The notes below the pieces were generated by a model. That model was not told where the DNA came from. It worked only from the letters and a program-made list of their open reading frames with translations, and did no database searches. The position numbers and the translations under genes were made by a program. Of a stretch of DNA of 64,000 nucleotides, positions 47,688-56,601 are shown piece after piece. The DNA is from Alphaproteobacteria bacterium (GTDB lineage Bacteria; Pseudomonadota; Alphaproteobacteria; Caedimonadales; UBA9215): positions 19,397 through 83,396 of the forward strand of contig JAJSAD010000041.1 of assembly GCA_024281375.1 (NCBI GenBank), in the 5' to 3' direction. How positions within the stretch are numbered: the first letter of the stretch is position 1; each line of letters begins with the position of its first letter.

Positions 47688-48380
47688 ATGCGTGAAATTG
47701 TCCTCGATACGGAAACAACGGGCCTTGATCCAAACCTAGGGCATCGTATTGTTGAAATTGGATGCTTAGAGCTTAAAAACCATATTGTGACAGGTGAAAA
47801 ATTTCACGTTTATGTGAATCCACGCCGCGATATGGCTGAAGAAGCCTTTAAAATCCACGGGTTAAGTACAGAGTTTTTAAAAGAACACCCTCCTTTTGAG
47901 GAACACGTTGATGCTTTTTTGGATTTTATTAAAAAAGACCGTCTTATTATCCATAATGCACGCTTTGATATGAAATTTATTAATGCAGAGCTTGAATGGT
48001 GTGGCCGCAAGCCCCTCCCTTTTAAGCAAGCCCATGATACCTTAAAAATGGCTCGGGAAAAACATCCGGGATCGCCGGCTAGTTTGGATGCTCTTTGTAA
48101 GCGCTATAAAATAGATAACTCGAACCGTACCCTACACGGTGCCTTGTTAGACTCAGAATTATTGGCGGAAGTATACCTCGAACTCATTGGGGGAGCTCAA
48201 CCGGACTTTATGACGTCCACTTCCTCTGAAAAAGAAGCAAAAAAAGATGAATTGATTACAGTTATTGAACGACAAATCCGAAAAGCCCGAGATTTTGATC
48301 TCACACCTGATGAGATTGAGCAACACAAAGAGCTACTAAAAAAGCTGAAGAATCCTATTTGGGCGAAAAAAGCTTCTTAA
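47688..48380 (+). CDS. dnaQ: DNA polymerase III epsilon subunit
   Basis: Exo [10 protein letters not shown], Exo [11 protein letters not shown], Exo [17 protein letters not shown]. Start at ATG 47688 ([12 protein letters not shown]); the listed ORF start 47589 is an upstream extension. Confidence 0.9.
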   Translation: MREIVLDTETTGLDPNLGHRIVEIGCLELKNHIVTGEKFHVYVNPRRDMAEEAFKIHGLSTEFLKEHPPFEEHVDAFLDFIKKDRLIIHNARFDMKFINAELEWCGRKPLPFKQAHDTLKMAREKHPGSPASLDALCKRYKIDNSNRTLHGALLDSELLAEVYLELIGGAQPDFMTSTSSEKEAKKDELITVIERQIRKARDFDLTPDEIEQHKELLKKLKNPIWAKKAS

Positions 48381-48393
48381 AAAGATTTACCCT

Positions 48394-49383
48394 ATGACAA
48401 TCACATCAACGACCCTCCCCTCAAAAGAGCTAACCTTCTGGCAGAAGGAGCATTTTAGGCAAAATGCTCGGGGTGTGTTTTGGAAGATATTGGCTTGTGT
48501 TGGGTTTGCGGGGGTGAATGCCTTTGTGCGTTATTTAACGGGAGGGGCTGGCGGCACTGATAATCCTCTCTCCCAGGGTGTTGTCGTGCTCTTCCAAAAT
48601 ATTTTCGGATGCCTCATTATGCTGCCCTTTGTCCTAAAAGATGGTCTTAAAAGTCTCACCACCACAAGACCGGTCGTTCACGGTATCCGCATTGTAACGG
48701 CTGTTTTTGGTATTATTAGCCTTTATACAGCCTTCTCGAAAATGCCCATGACACAAGTGGTTGCCCTTCAATTCACTGGACCTATTTTTACAGTCATTGG
48801 AGCAAAACTATATTTAGGAGAACGGGTTGGCTCTATTCGTTTGTTAGGTATTTTTCTCGGTATCGTTGGTGCTTTCATTCTCACGCGCCCTGATCAGGCT
48901 CTTCTCGGGGGAAGTTTTGACTATAAAAGCCTTGTGGTCTTTTTACCTCTCTTATCGGCGGCTCTTTTTGTGGTGGCAAAACTTTGTGCCAGAGACCTTG
49001 GAAAAGCAGGAGAAAAACCCCAGCTCCTCGCCCTTTATCTCCTCTTTTTTATGATTCCCGTTTCTGGTTTTTATGCTCTGTATGACTGGCGCACGCCCAC
49101 CACAGAACAGGTCTTCATGCTTATCGCCCTTGGGGGTTGTGGATGTTTAGCACATTATGCAACGGCAAAAGCCTATAGTCTTGCGGAAGTTCTTTTCTTA
49201 ACACCTTTTGGGTTTACACGCCTGCTTCTCACGGCCCTTTTGGGATATATTTTATTTGCAGAATTCCCCCAAAATGACTTCATTTGGTATGCCATCGCTT
49301 TTGTTATTCTTAGCGTTGTAACCATTACTCTTGGTGAAGTGCACCTTAAAAAGAAACAAAAACACCAACAAGTTGTGGTGTAG
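48394..49383 (+). CDS. EamA/DMT-family transporter
   Basis: 329 aa with 10 TM helices arranged as two EamA-like halves. Confidence 0.75.
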   Translation: MTITSTTLPSKELTFWQKEHFRQNARGVFWKILACVGFAGVNAFVRYLTGGAGGTDNPLSQGVVVLFQNIFGCLIMLPFVLKDGLKSLTTTRPVVHGIRIVTAVFGIISLYTAFSKMPMTQVVALQFTGPIFTVIGAKLYLGERVGSIRLLGIFLGIVGAFILTRPDQALLGGSFDYKSLVVFLPLLSAALFVVAKLCARDLGKAGEKPQLLALYLLFFMIPVSGFYALYDWRTPTTEQVFMLIALGGCGCLAHYATAKAYSLAEVLFLTPFGFTRLLLTALLGYILFAEFPQNDFIWYAIAFVILSVVTITLGEVHLKKKQKHQQVVV

Positions 49384-49430
49384 AAACATATACCCTTGTT
49401 GACGATCACCCTTCGCGATAGACTAAATCC

Positions 49431-50033
49431 ATGTCTGATTCTTTAAGTCTCAAAAATTTTACCGTTCACAGAACGGGCGTTCCTCTTTTTGAGCCCCTTT
49501 CATTGACTCTGAAACAAGGAGAAGCCTGCGAAGTTTTAGGGCCCAATGGCATTGGAAAAACATCTTTATTAGAGAGTTTAGCTGGCTTGCATTGTGAAAC
49601 ATCTGGGCAGTTTTCTATCCCTCCTTCCTTCTTTTACCTCTCCACACAAGGGCCCTTTGATAAAGAAGAAACCCTTGAAAATAATCTTTCATTTTGGAAG
49701 AGCTTGTGGAAGGTTACGTCAGATGAGTTTGAACAATCCCTTAAAATTTGGCACTTAAAATCTCTTTGCAAATTACCTTATGAACACCTTTCCCAAGGTC
49801 AAAAACAGCGCGTTAATCTTGCACGGCTTTCCTTAAAAAAAGCGATCTTATGGGTGTTAGATGAACCGACCGCAAACCTTGATCAGAAAAGTTGTGAGAT
49901 TTTTCAACACTGTTTAAAAAAGCATTTAAAGACAGAGGGTCTAGCTCTCATTGCAACCCATCACCCTTTGGGATCAACGCATCAACTTTTTCTGCAAAAC
50001 CCGACTTTCCTGCAAGAAAAGGAAGCGGCATGA
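49431..50033 (+). CDS. ccmA: heme exporter ATP-binding protein CcmA
   Basis: 200 aa ABC ATPase (GPNGIGKTS, LSQGQKQR, LDEP), directly coupled to ccmB. Confidence 0.85.
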   Translation: MSDSLSLKNFTVHRTGVPLFEPLSLTLKQGEACEVLGPNGIGKTSLLESLAGLHCETSGQFSIPPSFFYLSTQGPFDKEETLENNLSFWKSLWKVTSDEFEQSLKIWHLKSLCKLPYEHLSQGQKQRVNLARLSLKKAILWVLDEPTANLDQKSCEIFQHCLKKHLKTEGLALIATHHPLGSTHQLFLQNPTFLQEKEAA

Positions 50034-50683
50034 TCTCTTTTCTTTTGTTTTTTAAGCGCGATATAAAACAAATTTTTTTAAACCCACGTTTAATGATTCT
50101 TCCCCTCTGCTTTTTTTCCATAAGCCTTTTTTTAATTCAGTTTGCCCAAATAAGTACGTCCTCTACAGCTCTGTATTGGGTTCTCTTTATTGTGAGTACA
50201 ATGGGCGTTTTAGGACAAAACATCGCCCGAGATTATGATATGAATTTTCTCCAAGCCCTCCAAAGTGAACACCTTTCTCTCACACCCTATATCCTATCAA
50301 AAGCTTTGAGTCTTTTGATGGCTTGGGCAATACCCTTTTGGATTTTTGTGGAGGGAATACACTTTTTTGAGGGCACTTTGACAAGCTTATTTGCCTTTAG
50401 AAATTTCGTTATTATTTTATCTGTTTCCGGAGCCTTAGGTTTTTTGTATTGTCTCTTTGATACTCTTTTTCTTCATGGCAAACGACCCGCTTTTTTAGCT
50501 TTTATTTTACTAACGCCCTTTATACTGCCTCTCTTAATTTTAAGCCTTTTGAGCCTTGAACAAAATACGTTGAGTTCCCTTGTGCCTGTTATAGGGTATG
50601 CCGCTTTTCTCAGTTTTGGCGCTTTTTTGATGACGAAAACAGCTATAGTCGTTCCAAAAAGGTTTCAGTCTAGGAAAGAGTGA
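50030..50683 (+). CDS. ccmB: heme exporter protein CcmB
   Basis: 217 aa, 6-TM CcmB-like protein with ATGA overlap with ccmA. The last 13 codons lie inside a family Y repeat. Confidence 0.8.
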   Translation: MISFLLFFKRDIKQIFLNPRLMILPLCFFSISLFLIQFAQISTSSTALYWVLFIVSTMGVLGQNIARDYDMNFLQALQSEHLSLTPYILSKALSLLMAWAIPFWIFVEGIHFFEGTLTSLFAFRNFVIILSVSGALGFLYCLFDTLFLHGKRPAFLAFILLTPFILPLLILSLLSLEQNTLSSLVPVIGYAAFLSFGAFLMTKTAIVVPKRFQSRKE

Positions 50684-50705
50684 AACCTTTTTGGAATGAC
50701 TCTAT
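50644..50705 (+). repeat. family Y palindromic element, minimal copy
   Basis: TATAGTCGTTCCAAAAAGGTTTCAG, then TCTAGGAAAGAG, then TGAAACCTTTTTGGAATGACTCTAT. It spans the 3' ends of two convergent genes. Confidence 0.7.
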
Positions 50706-53700
50706 TTGTCATTAAATTCTTGATCAAATATATCATTGCTATCGTCCGCTTCATCAATCCAACCATCGTCTCGTGTGAGGCTTGACTCCGCTGAGGGGAA
50801 GATATTTCGCGTGATACCTGGCGTAATGATCGACAGGGGATTTGCGATAACATTAGGGTTGTCTTTTGTCCCTGTCACCCCAAAAGAAACAGAGAAAAGC
50901 CCTTCATTCTTACCGCCGGCAATCACTTCTCCAATAAGGGGAATTTTCGACACAAGAGTGTTCAAAACATAAAGAGGGATCATGTTCCCTTGAAGGTTTA
51001 AGCGCCCTTGAGGTCCCCGTTCAATCTCTCCATTGAGGTTAAAGCCAATGGAAATACCGTGCGCCCGACTGCCATGAATTTTAAAGGCTTTGGGCGAAGC
51101 GCCAAAACGCACTTTCATTAGGCGAAATTTCATACCAGCATCACTAGTCAGTTCAGTCCCTGCCGTTGGAAAAAGAGAGAAAATCCTAGTAATAAGAGGT
51201 GCATTTAAAAGAACAAAATGACGCACACGAATTTTTCCAACCCACTCTTCTTGACGAAAAGCGGGGTCATGATAAGCCACTAACTTAAATTGCCCTCCGC
51301 GAATGTTTTCAAAAATATCAAGAGCTCTTAAAAAAGCACCGCCCTGTTCTGTTTGAATACGAAGTTTTCGAAGACCATTTTTCTTTTGATATATTTCAGC
51401 ATAAACATCTCTGTTTTTCCCAGTGGCTTCTTCCGTTAACCCTTTATAGGAAAGGGTATGTATAAGTCCTTTTTCAAGACGCATTTTCAACACATTATTC
51501 AAAAGACCTATTTCTTTTCCAACGGTTATTTTTTGAGCCGTGAATTGAATTTGAAGAGGCGTTTCATCTTGAGGGTATTTTTTCATATGATTGGGGTTAG
51601 AAAGATCAGACAAGTCAGTATCCATAAAGTTTTTAAGATCAACACGCTGTCCCTTAAGATCTAAAACACGCACACCATTTCTATCGGGAATATAGTAAGC
51701 ACTCACAATGCTTTGCCCCTTATGAATCCATTCCAAGTTTAAATCTTTTAAGGTGTCTGTTTTGGGAGAAAAATGCCCTTTCCCATTTATTTTCCATCCC
51801 TCGTTGTCCTGAAAATGAAGAGAATTCAAATGGGTAAGGTGTCCTTGTTGATAGCGTCCCTTAACGGATAAGGTCCCTGAAATCCCTCTCTTTTTTTTCA
51901 TCACAAGGGTGTTGAGTTCAGCATCTTTTAAGTTGAAATCAAGGGACAACGTCCCCTCTTTTTTACCATCAACATGATAGTGCAACTCAAGAGACGCAAT
52001 ACCCTGAAAAAACATCCCTGCGTCATGCCATAATTTATTTAAAGCTTTGGGCGTGACGTCTGTTTTTACTTTTAAATCAAGATGTTGCGTTTCGACGTTT
52101 TTGACAAGATGAAGGTGAGATTTCTCTCCATTTAAGAGAGCTGTTCCCTCAACGGCAACATCTTTTAATCCCACATCAATTGTGAGATCTCCCTTGAAAA
52201 GATCAATATCTAATCCGGCTAGGTCATCCAAACGTGCATCGGTTACTTGGGCTGTTACTTTTGTTTGAATATCCTCTGTTCTAAAAGGCGATGAGAGAGG
52301 GAAAGTCATCTTAAGCTTAGCCTCTGTTTGGCCACGAGCTGTTTTAGGATCTAGGCCATAATCTTTAGCATATTCAAGGGGTTTATGGTCAATCAGGGAG
52401 AGAACATTTCCAAGGTCACCAACAATAACGACATTTAAAGTAAGGTGCGGTGTGTCATCGGAAAAATTCCCAATAAAAAGATCACCGGATGTTATTTTAA
52501 GACCATGGGTTTCACCACTTTTAATTTTAATATCAAAATGCTCATGATCAAAAGTCGCTGTCGCCATTAGGTTATTTATTTTTGGCATAGTCTCAACATA
52601 CCCGAGCAGAGCCTTATGCACGTCGATTGTGCCTGATAGTTTATCGAGATTAAAAAAGGATGATCTCCCTGAGAAATCAAGGTGGCTTTTCATCACAAGG
52701 TCTGCTTTTGAGGCGGTCCCACCGGTGATGTTCTCTGTAATCCATTCCCGTGCGCCATCGGCAGCCCCCTTAGGCCAAATGTTACCAAGATCTTTAAAAG
52801 GAATATTGACCACATTAACATGGGTTTCAAAAGAAATACGATCCGATTTTTCATCAATATGACCCGTTGTATTGGCTTTGATGGGGATACCCTGAACGGA
52901 TGTGGCGACCTCTTTGAGTTGAAAGTCATTACCGCTTAACGCCCCTTCAAAAGACAGTTCTGGGAATTTTAAGGGAGCCTTCCAGTAAGCAGAATGACTT
53001 ACATCAACATTTTTAATGCTGCCGTTGAGCTGAGCTTCATGTTTTTTTGATTTCGGGAAATAGCGATAATGCCCACGAAAGAAAATATTTTGAAAGGTTA
53101 AGTCTTGCAGGAAAATTTCTGGGACGACATCGTCAAAGGTTTTAGAATCAAAGCCCTCTACTTGAAGGGTTATATCAATGGAATCGGCTCCCTTCTCATA
53201 AAAAAGAGTACTTTGAATTTTTCCAGGATTATTTTGGTTTTGGGCAATAATACGGCCCTTTAATGTTCCCTTGATGTTCGTAATTTGAGCAGAAATATCA
53301 AGGGTAATTGGATGGGACTGCGCATCAATCACAAGGGAGCTATTACTAATATGAACAGCCTGTAGATCGAGCAAATCTTCAATAAAATTATTTACCTTTT
53401 TAAAGTTCAGGTCTGCTTTGTACTGATCATCGCCAACATCTCCCTTAAAAGAATGAATAGAGAGTTTCATCCCCTCAATAATAACTTTTTCAGGAATGAA
53501 TTTAAATTTTAAAAGAGAGTGAAGAGGAAAATACAGTTGTCCTTTTTTAAGAGAAATCTCGCGATGTTTTTCTTTTCCCTGTCTATAATGAATTCCTAAC
53601 CCCTCAAGACGTATGGGGGCATTCAGATCATCCCAGGCCAACTGTAACGTCTCAAATTCCAGAGTGTCCGCTTGATGAAGAACCTTTTCAGCGAGATGGG

Positions 53701-53836
53701 ATTTTAAAAAATCTAGGTTAATTGGGCCTCGGTAAAGTTGGACCAAAAAGAAACCCACAAAAACCGTTGCAAGAAGGACAAGGGAGGTTAAAGTAACAAA
53801 AATGTATTTAAAAAAACGCTTCAACAGGGTACTCAT
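50702..53836 (-). CDS. large AsmA-like/YhdP-like (DUF3971-type) envelope protein
   Basis: 1044 aa with a single N-terminal TM anchor followed by long beta-rich repetitive sequence. Family call is made by architecture only. Confidence 0.55.
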   Translation of the reverse strand: MSTLLKRFFKYIFVTLTSLVLLATVFVGFFLVQLYRGPINLDFLKSHLAEKVLHQADTLEFETLQLAWDDLNAPIRLEGLGIHYRQGKEKHREISLKKGQLYFPLHSLLKFKFIPEKVIIEGMKLSIHSFKGDVGDDQYKADLNFKKVNNFIEDLLDLQAVHISNSSLVIDAQSHPITLDISAQITNIKGTLKGRIIAQNQNNPGKIQSTLFYEKGADSIDITLQVEGFDSKTFDDVVPEIFLQDLTFQNIFFRGHYRYFPKSKKHEAQLNGSIKNVDVSHSAYWKAPLKFPELSFEGALSGNDFQLKEVATSVQGIPIKANTTGHIDEKSDRISFETHVNVVNIPFKDLGNIWPKGAADGAREWITENITGGTASKADLVMKSHLDFSGRSSFFNLDKLSGTIDVHKALLGYVETMPKINNLMATATFDHEHFDIKIKSGETHGLKITSGDLFIGNFSDDTPHLTLNVVIVGDLGNVLSLIDHKPLEYAKDYGLDPKTARGQTEAKLKMTFPLSSPFRTEDIQTKVTAQVTDARLDDLAGLDIDLFKGDLTIDVGLKDVAVEGTALLNGEKSHLHLVKNVETQHLDLKVKTDVTPKALNKLWHDAGMFFQGIASLELHYHVDGKKEGTLSLDFNLKDAELNTLVMKKKRGISGTLSVKGRYQQGHLTHLNSLHFQDNEGWKINGKGHFSPKTDTLKDLNLEWIHKGQSIVSAYYIPDRNGVRVLDLKGQRVDLKNFMDTDLSDLSNPNHMKKYPQDETPLQIQFTAQKITVGKEIGLLNNVLKMRLEKGLIHTLSYKGLTEEATGKNRDVYAEIYQKKNGLRKLRIQTEQGGAFLRALDIFENIRGGQFKLVAYHDPAFRQEEWVGKIRVRHFVLLNAPLITRIFSLFPTAGTELTSDAGMKFRLMKVRFGASPKAFKIHGSRAHGISIGFNLNGEIERGPQGRLNLQGNMIPLYVLNTLVSKIPLIGEVIAGGKNEGLFSVSFGVTGTKDNPNVIANPLSIITPGITRNIFPSAESSLTRDDGWIDEADDSNDIFDQEFNDK

Positions 53837-53902
53837 GACTTAATAAATGAATCTACACCATAGCATATATAGGTTTTTTTAGGAAAAAGAATGAAGATAT
53901 CT

Positions 53903-55714
53903 TTATTCATTACCGAGCTCTTCTTGTAGAAGCTCAATGTCTAGCCATTCTTGCTCACACTTTTCTTTTTCAGCTTTAGAACTTTCTAGTTGAAGGGCAA
54001 GGTCTTGGGCCTTTAAGGAATCCTTCATAAATAAATCAGGGTCTCCCAGCGCCAGTTCAAGTTCCGCTATTTTTTGTGTGAGACCTTCAATTTTTTTAGG
54101 CAGCTCTTTTAAGGCATATTGATGTTTAAAGGTCAATTTTTTAGGCCGGAGTTTTTCTTTTGCTATCAGTTCTTTTTTTGGTTTTGCTTCTTTTTTGGAT
54201 GATTTTTCAGGGGGCTTATTCTTCTTAGCTTGGCGGAGGTAATCTTGATAACCGCCAGCATATTCTTGAACATCTCCGTATCCTTCTTTATCACCATCCA
54301 TCACAATAGTAGAGGTGACAACATTATCCAAAAAGGCTCGGTCGTGACTCACGATCAATAATGTTCCCTCAAAATCACAGAGCATATCTTGAAGACGATC
54401 AAGGGTATCCATATCCAAATCGTTAGTGGGTTCATCCAGGATCATAAAATTAGACGAAGAAGCCAAAGAAAGCGCTAATAATAAGCGGTTTTTTTCCCCA
54501 CCCGAAAGCGTTGAGACGGGACTTCGGGCTTGTTCAGGGGCAAACATGAATTCTTTGAGATACCCCACGACATGGCGTTGTTTTCCTTGAACGCTGATAT
54601 GGTCCCCGCCTTGAGGACACAGCGTTTCCCAGAGGCTTTTTGTGGGGTCGAGGGCCGTTCTGTTTTGATCTAAATACAACGTATCAAGACGTTTGCCGAT
54701 TTTGATTTTTCCTTTGTCTGGCTTTTCATCCCCAATGAGAATTTTAAGAAGAGTGGTTTTTCCCGATCCATTGGGCCCAATAATACCGATACGATCACCC
54801 CGCATAATCTGAGTGGAAAAATCTTTGATTAGGCATTGATCCCCATAGGACTTAGAAATATTTTTAGCCTCAATAAGAGCACGACTCGAGGCTTCTCCTA
54901 AGGAAGATTCAAGGCGAGTCATTTTAAGATATTTTAACTGTTGAGCACGCTTATCCCGCAACGCATAAAGGCGTTTTAAGCGACCTTGATTGCGCTTACG
55001 CCTTGCGCTAATTCCTCCTCTGGACCACTCTGTTTCCTGAGCAATAAGCTTTTCTCTCTTGGCTTGGGATTTCATTTCTTCTTCGATGATTTGTGCAGCC
55101 CAGTCCTCGAAATGCCCATAACCTTTGTTGAGGGTGCGAACAACCCCTTGGTCTAGCCAAAATGTTTGGTTGGTGATGTTAGCTAAAAAAGTCCGGTCAT
55201 GGCTAATAAGAATAAGAGCTCCCTGAAAAGACAGAAGCGTTTTCTCAAGCCATTCAATGGTTTCAACATCCAGGTGGTTGGTTGGTTCATCCAGCATCAA
55301 AATATCTGGCTCTGAGGCCATGGCATAGGCCAAGGAAACACGCCGCGCTTCCCCACCAGAAAGACTATCCAACGATTTATCATAGGCAATACCAAGACCG
55401 TCTAAGGTTCTCTCAGCTTGATAAGTCGTGACATGCTCTTGACTTTCAATATACTCAAGAGCCCTTAAGCCCGTTGGAAAGTCGGGTTCTTGGGGCATAT
55501 AGGCAATTCTCGTGCCTGATTGAATGAAAATATCACCCTGATCAGCCTCTATGGTGCCAGCAATGAGTTTCATCAGTGTTGATTTACCAGAGCCATTACG
55601 CCCCACAAGACACAACCTGGAATAAGCCTCAACGGATACATTCACCCCTTTAAATAATTGGGTGGTACCGATGGCAAGCTCGATATCTTGCAGTTGGAGA
55701 ATGGGGGCTGACAT
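53903..55714 (-). CDS. ABC-F family ATPase (Uup-like)
   Basis: Two ABC domains (GRNGSGKST, GPNGSGKTT, LSGGE twice), an inter-domain linker and a C-terminal coiled-coil tail. Start taken at MSAPILQL; the ORF is open to 55744. Confidence 0.85.
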   Translation of the reverse strand: MSAPILQLQDIELAIGTTQLFKGVNVSVEAYSRLCLVGRNGSGKSTLMKLIAGTIEADQGDIFIQSGTRIAYMPQEPDFPTGLRALEYIESQEHVTTYQAERTLDGLGIAYDKSLDSLSGGEARRVSLAYAMASEPDILMLDEPTNHLDVETIEWLEKTLLSFQGALILISHDRTFLANITNQTFWLDQGVVRTLNKGYGHFEDWAAQIIEEEMKSQAKREKLIAQETEWSRGGISARRKRNQGRLKRLYALRDKRAQQLKYLKMTRLESSLGEASSRALIEAKNISKSYGDQCLIKDFSTQIMRGDRIGIIGPNGSGKTTLLKILIGDEKPDKGKIKIGKRLDTLYLDQNRTALDPTKSLWETLCPQGGDHISVQGKQRHVVGYLKEFMFAPEQARSPVSTLSGGEKNRLLLALSLASSSNFMILDEPTNDLDMDTLDRLQDMLCDFEGTLLIVSHDRAFLDNVVTSTIVMDGDKEGYGDVQEYAGGYQDYLRQAKKNKPPEKSSKKEAKPKKELIAKEKLRPKKLTFKHQYALKELPKKIEGLTQKIAELELALGDPDLFMKDSLKAQDLALQLESSKAEKEKCEQEWLDIELLQEELGNE

Positions 55715-55751
55715 TAACTTTTCTTTTCTCTTTGCGATCCTCATTTAAACC

Positions 55752-55857
55752 TATAGTGTTTCTACAAGTGCACCAGTCTAGGAAAGAGCGACCGACGACT
55801 ATACTTCATAGTTTAGGAGCGACTGACGACGTCTGGAGTGCTTGTAGAAATACTATA
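55752..55857 (+). repeat. family Y palindromic element, full copy (106 bp)
   Basis: Arm TATAGTGTTTCTACAAGTGCACCAG, then the 56-bp core TCTAGGAAAGAGCGACCGACGACTATACTTCATAGTTTAGGAGCGACTGACGACGT, then inverted arm CTGGAGTGCTTGTAGAAATACTATA. Confidence 0.8.
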
Positions 55858-55928
55858 TAACAAAAGAGTTAACAAGGGATTTAAAAAACTGTATCCTAAA
55901 GAAGATTAAGCGTTTACAGGGTATTTTT

Positions 55929-56522
55929 ATGGCAAGTAAGAAAAAGAAAAAACAAATCATCAAAGACGATTTTTACCTCACGGGGCAGATTTTGGTTGCC
56001 ATGCCTCAAATGCAGGATCCTCGCTTCAAATCAGCTGTTATCTTTATGTGTGGCCATGATGAACAAGGGGCCATGGGGATTGTGGTAAACAAGCTTATTG
56101 ACTCTGTAACCTTAGCAGACCTTTTAGAGCAACTTGATATTGCGCGAGATATCCCCCTGAATGATTTAAAAGTGCATTATGGAGGCCCCGTTGAAATTGG
56201 CCGCGGGTTTGTGCTTCATAGTTCTGATTATCTGGGGGAGAATTCTGTTGAAATCACCAGTGATATTGCTCTTTCCGCCTCAACAAATGTCTTAAACGAT
56301 GTGGTTCAAGGCAACGGGCCCGATCATCTTTTATTAGCCCTTGGGTATGCAGGATGGAGCAGTGGCCAATTGGAGAACGAAATTATGCAAAATGGGTGGC
56401 TTACGCTGCCGGCCGATGGTTCTATTTTGTTTGATAAAGATCCCCAGACCTTATGGCGCCGCACCCTCCAAAAATTTGGCGTGGACCCCGATCATCTTTT
56501 TGCCCACACGGGTCATGCTTAA
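55929..56522 (+). CDS. YqgE/AlgH-family protein (UPF0301)
   Basis: LVAMPQMQDPRFKSAVIFMCGHDEQGAMGIVVNK and GYAGWSSGQLENE are typical of the family. Confidence 0.85.
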   Translation: MASKKKKKQIIKDDFYLTGQILVAMPQMQDPRFKSAVIFMCGHDEQGAMGIVVNKLIDSVTLADLLEQLDIARDIPLNDLKVHYGGPVEIGRGFVLHSSDYLGENSVEITSDIALSASTNVLNDVVQGNGPDHLLLALGYAGWSSGQLENEIMQNGWLTLPADGSILFDKDPQTLWRRTLQKFGVDPDHLFAHTGHA

Positions 56523-56601
56523 ATTAACCTATTGAACAAATAGTATTTATTCCCTTGTACTTTTTTAAATAGTAAAACTAAAACAACAGGAAGGTAACTC
56601 A

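Noticed and set aside
55715-55744. Ten-codon N-terminal extension of the ABC-F ORF (MRIAKRKEKL)
   Set aside because: ABC-F homologs begin close to the MSAPILQL position, and the extension abuts the Y repeat and lacks an SD. It is retained only as an alternative start.
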